DNA from: a virus
Taxonomy: Duplodnaviria > Caudoviricetes
IMG/VR virus record: IMGVR_UViG_3300020043_001000
Coordinates: 1 to 24,251 of that record
DNA: 24,251 bases
Strand: one strand, 5' to 3'
Positions within the stretch are counted from its first letter, which is position 1. Each line of letters opens with the position of its first letter. Shown in pieces: positions 16,555-24,108 of the stretch. Below the pieces are notes generated by a model that saw only the letters and a program-made list of their open reading frames with translations, was not told the DNA's origin and ran no database searches. The position numbers were made by a program, and so were the translations under genes.

Positions 16555-18243
16555 ATGGCTAAATATCAAATTACTGCACCTGATGGAAAAAGTTACGAAG
16601 TAACGGCGCCTGACCATGCCTCGCAAGATGAGGTATTAGCTTACGCGCAAGCAAACTACAAACCACAATCTACACCACAAGCAGCGCCATTGTCAAAAAT
16701 GGATAGAGTGCTAAAAGGCGTAACTGACCCAATAGAAGGCGGCGCTCAGTTGCTAACTGAAATGCTACCGAAAAGCGTAGTAAACGCTGGCGATGCGGCG
16801 CAAAACTGGATTGCCGAAAAAACAGGTTTAATGAACAAATTGCCACAAGGCGGCTCGCCTGAGTTGTTCAAACAAAACGAAGCAGCTTATCAAGCTAGAC
16901 GAGGTGGGGATACCAGTACAGATTGGGCGCGTATCGCTGGCAATGTGGTAAGCCCTGCAAATATCTTATTGGCATCAAAATTACCAATGGCAACTGCTGG
17001 CTCTGGATTGGCTGCTAAATCGGCTTATGGCGCTTTAGGTGGTGGATTGAGCGCATTAACTTCACCCGTAACGGAAGGTGATTTTTGGACAGAAAAGGCT
17101 AAACAAGTTGGCACTGGTTCATTATTTGGCAGTGCTACACCTGCTGTAATGAGCGGTGTTTCTAGCGTCATTAGTCCAAAGGCTTCTACTAACGAAAAAC
17201 TTAATTTATTAAAAGCTGAAGGCGTAAGCCCGACAATTGGACAAACTTTAGGCGGGTGGGCTAATCGAGCAGAAGAAGCGGCGACAAGTCTGCCATTTAT
17301 CGGTGATGCAATAACAGCGGCAAGAGGTCGCGCCCGTGAGCAGTTTAACAAGGCTGCGATCAATCGTGTGACAAGCCCAATTGGTGTAAAAGTTGAAGGC
17401 ACAGGTCAAGAAGCAGTTAAAGAAGCTGGCGACCTCGCATCTGCTGCCTTTGAAAAGGCTAAACGTGATTTAGGTGGATTTAAGTTAGACAACCAATCAA
17501 TTACTGAATTGGATAGCCTTAAAAAATTAGCAGTATCAGGATTAGAAGGTAGAGAACGAAATACTATCAAAAAGTATTTTGATGACTATTTAAGCAAAAA
17601 AGCGCTTACATCTGATTCTTTTATGGAGTTGGATAGCAAATTATCATCTGATATTGCTAGATTCGGCAAAGGTGATGCATATCAACAAAAGGTAGCAGAC
17701 GCATTAAAAGAAGTTCAAGGCATTATTTTTAGTGCTGGCGAACGCGCAAACCCAGTGGCGGCTAAAGACTTCAAAAAAGCAAAAGAAGCATGGGCTAATC
17801 TTGTTCGACTAGAAGGTGCATCGAAGGCTGCTAAATTAACTGAAGGTGTGTTTACGCCCGGACAGTTATTAACAGGCATACAAGGCGCAGACCAAAGCGT
17901 TAGAGATAGGGCTACTGCTCGTGGCACATCTTTAATGCAAGACTTGGCTAGTGCTGGTCAATCTGTACTTGGGAATAAATTAAGTAACTCAGGCACAGCA
18001 GACAGAGCCTTGTATGGAGGTGGACTTCTTGGAATTGGTGCAGGTGGAATGGCTAACCTTCCTGCTACTGCTGCATTAGTTGGCGGTGGAGCTGCCGCTT
18101 ATACACCTTTAGGTCAATCTTTGCTTCGTGGCGCGGTAAGTTCTAGACCAGAAGGCGCCCAAGCGATAGCCCAAGCGCTCCGCAATCGAAGCATTATGTT
18201 CGCTCCTGCATCTGGCGCAGTAGGCGCGGAATTTTTGAAATAG
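16555..18243 (+). CDS. DNA ejection protein 3, P22 gp16-like position
   Basis: 562 aa; MAKYQITAPDGKSYEV.AP N-terminus; Gly/Ala-rich membrane-inserting segments; G...TIGQ.LGG and SNSGTADR motifs. Confidence 0.72.
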   Translation: MAKYQITAPDGKSYEVTAPDHASQDEVLAYAQANYKPQSTPQAAPLSKMDRVLKGVTDPIEGGAQLLTEMLPKSVVNAGDAAQNWIAEKTGLMNKLPQGGSPELFKQNEAAYQARRGGDTSTDWARIAGNVVSPANILLASKLPMATAGSGLAAKSAYGALGGGLSALTSPVTEGDFWTEKAKQVGTGSLFGSATPAVMSGVSSVISPKASTNEKLNLLKAEGVSPTIGQTLGGWANRAEEAATSLPFIGDAITAARGRAREQFNKAAINRVTSPIGVKVEGTGQEAVKEAGDLASAAFEKAKRDLGGFKLDNQSITELDSLKKLAVSGLEGRERNTIKKYFDDYLSKKALTSDSFMELDSKLSSDIARFGKGDAYQQKVADALKEVQGIIFSAGERANPVAAKDFKKAKEAWANLVRLEGASKAAKLTEGVFTPGQLLTGIQGADQSVRDRATARGTSLMQDLASAGQSVLGNKLSNSGTADRALYGGGLLGIGAGGMANLPATAALVGGGAAAYTPLGQSLLRGAVSSRPEGAQAIAQALRNRSIMFAPASGAVGAEFLK

Positions 18244-18306
18244 TGTTGCAATGAGAACTGTTGAAACAGAAGTAATTGAAATACTTAATAGTTGGTTGTC
18301 AGTCAT
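18109..18306 (-). CDS. Putative antisense small membrane protein (65 aa)
   Basis: Start lies in a 74-nt + strand gap; N-terminal hydrophobic helix then basic tail; candidate promoter upstream; SD weak. Confidence 0.45.
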   Translation of the reverse strand: MTDNQLLSISITSVSTVLIATLFQKFRAYCARCRSEHNASIAERLGYRLGAFWSRTYRATKQRLT

Positions 18307-18317
18307 AGGGGAAAATC

Positions 18318-19781
18318 ATGCCTTTTAACGGTTCAGGAACATTTACAGTATATACACCTGGCAATCCTATTGCCAACGGTGATACAAGCAATGCCACGTA
18401 TTTTAATAATACGATGACGGATTTTGCTACGGGGCTTTCTAACACAATGACGCGAGATGGTCAAGGTGTACCTACGGCAAACATTCCAATGGGTAATAAT
18501 AAACTCACAGGCTTAGCTAATGGAACTATCTCGACTGATGCAGCGGCTTATGGTCAAGTCACAGATGCGATTACAACCGCAGCTTCAGCAGCACAAAATG
18601 GCTCACAAACCTATTTAACCTCTGTTTCAGGCACAAACACAATCACGGCTACCCTTACAGGTTTAACGGCTTATACGGCAGGTTTAACGGTTAGATTCAC
18701 GGCGGCTGGAGCGAATACAGGCGCGGTGACGTTAAACATTGGTTCACTAGGCGCTATCAATTTAGTCCGTGCTGATGGTGTCGCATTGGTGACTGGCGCT
18801 ATTTTGTCCGCTGGAACTTATGAAGCAGTTTATGATGGAACATCGTTTAAATTGCAGGGCTCAGTCGCTCCTAGCCAATTAGCTACAGCAACTCAAATTC
18901 AAACCATATCAGGCTCGGTTGCAGCTAACGATTTAACCGTAGGCGCGGGAGCTTTAACGCTTGGATTCCGTTCTACCACACTAACAAGCGGAACGATTAC
19001 AACGGTTACGGGTACTCCGTCAAACCTTGTCGTACCTTCAGGCGCAACGCTTGGGACTACTAATGCCGTGGCTTCTAGTATTGCGGTTATCGCACTCAAT
19101 AACGCAGGAACTATTGAGTTGGCAGTTATCAATACGGCTGGCGGTGTCTCATTAGACGAAACAGGTTTAATCAGCACTACGGCGATTAGCACGGGCGCAG
19201 ATTTAGCAAACGTCATATATTCAACAACTGCGCGGTCTAATGTTGCTTATCGCGTTATTGGATTTATCAATAGCACACAAGCCACAGCAGGAACGTGGGC
19301 AACAACTCCTAGCCTGATTCAAGGCGCTGGCGGTCAGGCTTTGCTTAGAACAACACCACTTCAAAGCATGGTTCGCCTGAATACCGCTAATGGATATGGA
19401 AGCACAAATACACGTATTCGCAGGTTTACAAACGTCGTAGTCAATCAAGGTAGCGATATTACCTATGCGGACAGCGCGACTCTAGGCGGGTCGTTTACGA
19501 TAAATACTTCGGGTGTTTATGCTTTGCATTACAACGACCAATTTACGGGTAATACTGAGGTTGGCTGGTCTTTAAACTCGACGCAACTTTCAACGTCTAT
19601 TCTGTCAATTACTCAAGCGGACATTCTATGTATAGACGACAGCCAAAGTGCTAACAACATGGGATGCGCGTCCGTCACCGTTTATTTAGCGGCTGGGTCT
19701 GTGGTGCGCTGTCATACAAGCGGCTCGGCTTCTGGCGTAAATACTGCAGGATGTCAAGTAACAGTTACAAGGGTGGCATAA
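18318..19781 (+). CDS. Tail fibre / receptor-binding protein
   Basis: N-terminal anchor MPFNGSGTF...GNP...TRDGQ..PTANIPMG..KLTGL..GT..TDAA; T/G/A/S-rich modules; C-terminal beta-sandwich-like tip. Confidence 0.85.
   Translation: MPFNGSGTFTVYTPGNPIANGDTSNATYFNNTMTDFATGLSNTMTRDGQGVPTANIPMGNNKLTGLANGTISTDAAAYGQVTDAITTAASAAQNGSQTYLTSVSGTNTITATLTGLTAYTAGLTVRFTAAGANTGAVTLNIGSLGAINLVRADGVALVTGAILSAGTYEAVYDGTSFKLQGSVAPSQLATATQIQTISGSVAANDLTVGAGALTLGFRSTTLTSGTITTVTGTPSNLVVPSGATLGTTNAVASSIAVIALNNAGTIELAVINTAGGVSLDETGLISTTAISTGADLANVIYSTTARSNVAYRVIGFINSTQATAGTWATTPSLIQGAGGQALLRTTPLQSMVRLNTANGYGSTNTRIRRFTNVVVNQGSDITYADSATLGGSFTINTSGVYALHYNDQFTGNTEVGWSLNSTQLSTSILSITQADILCIDDSQSANNMGCASVTVYLAAGSVVRCHTSGSASGVNTAGCQVTVTRVA
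18347..18376 (-). promoter_or_regulatory. Putative sigma70 promoter on the minus strand
   Basis: Minus strand TTGGCA (18376-18371)-18 nt-TATACT (18352-18347), each 5/6 to consensus, pointing at ORF 18306. Confidence 0.45.
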
Positions 19782-19782
19782 C

Positions 19783-20097
19783 ATGGGAAAACTCGCATTT
19801 AACGACGGCAACGATGGTTATTATCAAGTGGACGTTCCTGATGGACACGCAGCTCCTGAATGGACGAATACTTTAACCCCTTGCTCCATGCAGCCGATTG
19901 AGTCCGACCCCAAAGACGCAATCCGCGCTCAAATTAAGGCAATGGAAACTGAGAAGATGATGCCACGAGCTACACGAGAGTTTATGCTCTTGTTCTTAGA
20001 GGCATCGTTTACGCCTGAGCAACTATCGCAAAACATCGGCTATGCTGGTGTCAAGGCTTTCGACAATCAAATCAAAGTATTGCGCGACCAACTATGA
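19783..20097 (+). CDS. Putative tail fibre assembly chaperone
   Basis: 104 aa directly after the fibre; C-terminal helical I..LR.QL pattern. Confidence 0.55.
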   Translation: MGKLAFNDGNDGYYQVDVPDGHAAPEWTNTLTPCSMQPIESDPKDAIRAQIKAMETEKMMPRATREFMLLFLEASFTPEQLSQNIGYAGVKAFDNQIKVLRDQL

Positions 20098-20387
20098 TTT
20101 CCATATTTATACTCCTCCCTTTGTACTTTATATCCATTCAATATGAGCGCGGTGGTATATGGTCTTTGCTATTCCCCATCGTTTTAATCTCGCTCATTAT
20201 TGACGTGGTTTTGAACTATACCGAGCTTGCTATTCTCACGCTTGATATACCTAGATATGGAGAGTGGACATTTAGCAAAAGGCTCTCAAGATTACAATAT
20301 AACGAAGGCTGGCGAGGTCATTTTGCGCGATACATTGCCAATTGTCTAAACCAAATAGCGCCTAGTGGAAAACATATTTATGGCTGA
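20094..20387 (+). CDS. Phage membrane protein
   Basis: Two hydrophobic segments then DVVLNYT...P..GEWTFSKRLSRL; ATGA overlap. Confidence 0.7.
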   Translation: MISIFILLPLYFISIQYERGGIWSLLFPIVLISLIIDVVLNYTELAILTLDIPRYGEWTFSKRLSRLQYNEGWRGHFARYIANCLNQIAPSGKHIYG

Positions 20388-20673
20388 CCCAACTAACTTT
20401 TTAGACATAGCGGTTATCAAAATCGCTGGTGTAGTAGGCGCATTATGCTCACTTCGATATATTAAAGGAGCATGGCATGAACGGCTCACAATGGTCGTTT
20501 TTGCTTGTTTTGCTGCTTATCATGGCGCTGCGCCTCTTGCTGAAAAGTTTGGACTTCCTGAGGGTGTTTGCGGGCTTTTAATCGGGTTTCTCGCGGCGGC
20601 TGTCGCTGAAAAGTTATTAGAGCTAGTGCAAAGCAATGAGTTATGGGCTAAGGTCAAAGCGAAATTATTATGA
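20380..20673 (+). CDS. Putative holin
   Basis: 97 aa from ATG 20380; 2-3 hydrophobic helices (IAGVVGALCSL; VVFACFAAY; VCGLLIGFLAAAV) and basic C-terminus. Confidence 0.65.
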   Translation: MADPTNFLDIAVIKIAGVVGALCSLRYIKGAWHERLTMVVFACFAAYHGAAPLAEKFGLPEGVCGLLIGFLAAAVAEKLLELVQSNELWAKVKAKLL

Positions 20674-20930
20674 ATACGTTGTATGTAATCGCTTCCTCTA
20701 TATTGGTGGTGTTGTGTTTAATTGGAATTGTGAGCGATAAATTCCACGATAACATCATCCAAAGAATCGCTATGAGTGGCATGATATTGTCATGCGCGGG
20801 GTTTATCTATCAAATGCATCTCGGTAATTTGCCGACTAATTTTGAATTGTTCGTGATTTCAGTATCACTATATGCAATAGCAACAACATGGAAACTACGC
20901 GATGGACGAGACCAAAACAGCAAAGAATGA
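20670..20930 (+). CDS. Three-TM membrane protein (holin partner/antiholin candidate)
   Basis: 86 aa, three hydrophobic helices, charged C-terminus, ATGA-coupled to the putative holin. Confidence 0.65.
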   Translation: MNTLYVIASSILVVLCLIGIVSDKFHDNIIQRIAMSGMILSCAGFIYQMHLGNLPTNFELFVISVSLYAIATTWKLRDGRDQNSKE

Positions 20931-22653
20931 CCTTGCAAGTCTATTAAGAGACTTTGCCCAAGGTGCTAGTAATAGCGCGGCAACCAACGTGGCTATCCCC
21001 GTGGACGCTATCGCATGGCTATTGCGAAAAAGCGGCGTAAACGTACCGCCAAACCCCGTTATGGGTAGCGATTGGATGGCAGAAAAAGGCTTGACTAGAG
21101 AGCCAAAAAACAAACTCGCGGGATTAGTTGGTGACATGGCTGGCATGGTTGCACCTTTCGCGGCTGCGGCTAAAGCGCCTCAAATAGCAAAGGGATTGTT
21201 AGCGGCTGGTGAGGCTATGCCTATGGGTAGTAAGTCAGTGCAAAGCATGTCTAAAGCTAGTCCTATGGCTGATAGAGGGGCTATTTTTACGAGCGCTACT
21301 GGGAAAGTACCACAAGAGTTACTTGATAAAAGATTGAAAGGGTTTGGCAATTTGCCTGAAAGTGATTTATATGATGCCGCTGGCGGTTTGCGAAGCGATA
21401 TGCAGAAAAACATATATAAATTAGATGATGGAAATTATCTTGGCGTACAGGATCCTTTTTGGAAATCTAAAGATAAACCTATGTATGTGCATGGAGATAA
21501 TTTAGATGAGGTTATTGCCAGCATTAATAATCGTGCAATTAAGTCACAAAAAGCGGTTTCTACCGCTGAAAAAATAAAATATGACAACTCATTAGAAGGT
21601 CTTTTGGAGAAGGAATTTGGTAAAGATGCTTTTTCTTTTAACAAAAGTGCTAGGTCTAAAAGTAGTTATGTAACTCATAATGCGACTGGGGAGAAGATAA
21701 GAATATCAGATCACGATCTGCCATTGCATTATGTATCTTCTGATTTAGATATCCCGCTAGGTTTAAATTCAAAAGAAATTTTTGAACAAATAAAAAAACA
21801 TATAAGACCAAATGAATTAAATAGCGGCAATGAACGTCTATTAAAAATACTAGAACGTAATGGAGAGAGTATTACGCCTAAGTTCCCACAATCAGAAGCA
21901 ATAGACCTAGCCCAAAAACGTGCAGCACTGCCAATTAGTGAAAACGGATTAGGTTTGCCTGCTAATAATACGGCTATGGATAGGGCTAATGCTATGTTTC
22001 CAACTGAAGCATATCATGGAACTAATGTGCCTATTGAAAAAATAGACCCTTCTATGTTTGGGTCGTCAACTGGGGCAAATAGTGCGAAACAAGGATTTTG
22101 GGCGGTAGATAATCCAACTGTTGCTGGTGGTTATGCTGAATATGCAGCAAACGAAGCCCCTATTAAAAAGATTTTGCAAGAAGCGGATTTCCAAGAGAAG
22201 GTGGCGCAAAGAACTGGAAATTGGGATAAGTATGATAGTTTGGTTGCAAAGGCTGAGGAATTAGAGTCTGCTAATTATGCCAATCCACTCAAAGGGCAAA
22301 ACATAATGCCATTGAGGTTAAACGCTCAAAACTCTAGTGTTATGGATGCTGGTGGTAATTCGTTCGTAGGCGCTGAAAACGATATAAATAGATTTTTAAA
22401 GCAGTCAAAATTTAACGGTAAAGATGTTGCTGAAATTAAAAATTTAGATGATGCCGTGGGTCGCGTGGACTTGCCTGCTAATCATTATGCTATTTTTAAC
22501 CCTGACAACATCCGCTCACGCTTTGCAGCATTTGACCCTTGGAGACGCAATGCAGCAATAGCCGCATCAATGGGAGTAGCTGCACCTGACTTGTTAGCCA
22601 ATCCATTAGGCGATAAAAATAATCGCCTGATTGATATTCTTAGGAGTAAATAA
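20902..22653 (+). CDS. Mosaic polyvalent-type protein with C-terminal ADP-ribosyltransferase-like domain
   Basis: AYHGT...GFWAVDNP.VA.GYA...NIMPLRL...HYAIFNPDNIRS matches the pattern of the polyvalent-protein ART family; ejection-protein-like Ala/Gly-rich N-terminus; central AT-rich RISDH domain. Confidence 0.75.
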   Translation: MDETKTAKNDLASLLRDFAQGASNSAATNVAIPVDAIAWLLRKSGVNVPPNPVMGSDWMAEKGLTREPKNKLAGLVGDMAGMVAPFAAAAKAPQIAKGLLAAGEAMPMGSKSVQSMSKASPMADRGAIFTSATGKVPQELLDKRLKGFGNLPESDLYDAAGGLRSDMQKNIYKLDDGNYLGVQDPFWKSKDKPMYVHGDNLDEVIASINNRAIKSQKAVSTAEKIKYDNSLEGLLEKEFGKDAFSFNKSARSKSSYVTHNATGEKIRISDHDLPLHYVSSDLDIPLGLNSKEIFEQIKKHIRPNELNSGNERLLKILERNGESITPKFPQSEAIDLAQKRAALPISENGLGLPANNTAMDRANAMFPTEAYHGTNVPIEKIDPSMFGSSTGANSAKQGFWAVDNPTVAGGYAEYAANEAPIKKILQEADFQEKVAQRTGNWDKYDSLVAKAEELESANYANPLKGQNIMPLRLNAQNSSVMDAGGNSFVGAENDINRFLKQSKFNGKDVAEIKNLDDAVGRVDLPANHYAIFNPDNIRSRFAAFDPWRRNAAIAASMGVAAPDLLANPLGDKNNRLIDILRSK

Positions 22654-23192
22654 TGCCCGTATTAGTAGCTGCACTTTTAGAAAAAGGCTTAGGATTACTC
22701 GGTAACGCCGTCCTAGCCAAAGGCAAAGATGTAATCGAAAAAGAGCTAGGCATAGACCTAGAATCCGCCACACAAACGCCTGAAGGCTTGCAAAAGCTCC
22801 GTCAGTTAGAGATTGACCACGAGGAATATCTTTTAGACCACGCGATTAAAAAAGCGGAACTAGAGCTAAAGGATAAAGCGCTCGATATAAGTAACACCAC
22901 TAATGCACGTGATGCAAACGCAAAGATTCAAGAGAGCGCTAATGCGTCAACACTTGCAAAGAATGCGCCGTACATCATGGACTTCTTTATCGTTGGCGGC
23001 ACGATGTTGTTAGCTTATTTCATTTTCTTTATTGGAATTCCACCGCAAAACAAAGATATTGCATTCGCTGCTTTTGGCTCACTTCTAACACTTTGCGGAA
23101 CAATTGTAAACTTCCACCGTGGCAGTTCGTCAAGCTCTAAGGACAAAGACGCGCTATTAAGTGCCATGCATCAGCAAGGGGCATCAAAATGA
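22653..23192 (+). CDS. Holin-like protein (3TM/GTA-holin type)
   Basis: AGGAG RBS, TAATG overlap; amphipathic N-terminus, coiled coil with AR motif, two TM helices, then NFHRGSSSSSKDKD; precedes the endolysin. Confidence 0.7.
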   Translation: MPVLVAALLEKGLGLLGNAVLAKGKDVIEKELGIDLESATQTPEGLQKLRQLEIDHEEYLLDHAIKKAELELKDKALDISNTTNARDANAKIQESANASTLAKNAPYIMDFFIVGGTMLLAYFIFFIGIPPQNKDIAFAAFGSLLTLCGTIVNFHRGSSSSSKDKDALLSAMHQQGASK

Positions 23193-23548
23193 CGCTAGGC
23201 GAACGACAAGAATACTTTGCTCATGAAGAGTGGGAGCTACGCGCTAAGGCGTGGGAGATGGGCTTTGCTGTGCGTCCTAAGGAGTTCCACCGCCCCGTTG
23301 AAATGCAGAAAATCTATGTGCAGCAAGGGCGAAGTAAGACAATGGACTCGCGGCACTGTGACGGAACGGCTTGTGACTACGTGCTTTTGTTAAATGGTGT
23401 AGTGTGTACACGGGCACAAATTAAGCCACTTGGCGATTGGTGGGAAGCGCGTAGCCCAAAACACCGATGGGGTGGCAATTGGCGCGGGGCGGTTGATAGT
23501 GGCAAATCATCATTTATTGACGCGCCCCATTTTGAGATTCAGGCTTGA
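23189..23548 (+). CDS. Endolysin, peptidase M15 family (L-Ala-D-Glu peptidase-like)
   Basis: SKTMDSRH-x6-D, RWGGNW, DAPHFE: the His/Asp/His zinc ligands of M15 peptidases. Confidence 0.9.
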   Translation: MTLGERQEYFAHEEWELRAKAWEMGFAVRPKEFHRPVEMQKIYVQQGRSKTMDSRHCDGTACDYVLLLNGVVCTRAQIKPLGDWWEARSPKHRWGGNWRGAVDSGKSSFIDAPHFEIQA

Positions 23549-23550
23549 AT

Positions 23551-24108
23551 TCAATTAATCAACGACTTCATTCTTTTGTAATCACTTGTTAAAGCCTGCA
23601 ATCCTTCGATTGTGTATTTCCTCACACATTGGTCGCGCTCTAACAAATCTAAGACTGTCTCACCTATCCTAGCTTTCAATCCTTGGCGATATTCAACAGC
23701 ATTACCCGATAGATAACGATTGCATTTTTTACATTGCCCATGTGCATTATCAGGATGAAAACGAAGATGTGGAGCGCTGCCAACAGACCTATAGTGCCCG
23801 CAATCGTAACCACCACCTAGCGCTTCTTGCTTTAACGGCACTCCGCACGAGATACAAGGTTTATCTGCATCTCTAGCCCTGATGTACGCATTAAACGCTT
23901 TTTGCGCGTCTTTCATGTAATCTGAGCGAGATTTTAGTTTTTCTTTTCGCGCCTTCACTTCTTTTCGCTCTAGCTTTTCTCGTTTATCCTTGGCATAAGT
24001 AATAGCGCAATCGGTAGAGTTTTGGCATACTTTTTGCCACGGCGAACGCTTGATAAATGGCTCTTTGCAAACAGCGCATTTGTATGTCTTTTCTTTTTTA
24101 AGAATCAT
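23551..24108 (-). CDS. ninG: NinG/Rap family recombination endonuclease
   Basis: C..C N-terminal knuckle, AQKAFNAYIRARD..KPCISCG, DCGHYRSVGSAPHLRF..DN.HGQC..CN..LSGN..EYR.GL. Confidence 0.95.
   Translation of the reverse strand: MILKKEKTYKCAVCKEPFIKRSPWQKVCQNSTDCAITYAKDKREKLERKEVKARKEKLKSRSDYMKDAQKAFNAYIRARDADKPCISCGVPLKQEALGGGYDCGHYRSVGSAPHLRFHPDNAHGQCKKCNRYLSGNAVEYRQGLKARIGETVLDLLERDQCVRKYTIEGLQALTSDYKRMKSLIN

Noticed and set aside
19350-19781. Diversity-generating retroelement targeting the tail fibre tip
   Set aside because: No reverse transcriptase and no second, adenine-variant copy of the fibre 3' end seen in the window; cannot be excluded elsewhere in the genome.
2122-21644. Numerous minus-strand and alternate-frame ORFs of 60-170 aa (e.g. 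5046-5552, 4683-5021, 17025-17402, 18899-19216)
   Set aside because: They lie within or across strong + strand genes, lack recognisable motifs and read as antisense shadows. Only 18109-18306 was kept because it starts in a real gap with a promoter candidate.
20902-23192. MuF-type toxin-immunity pair
   Set aside because: No MuF domain recognised, and the downstream gene looks like a holin coupled to the endolysin rather than an immunity protein.
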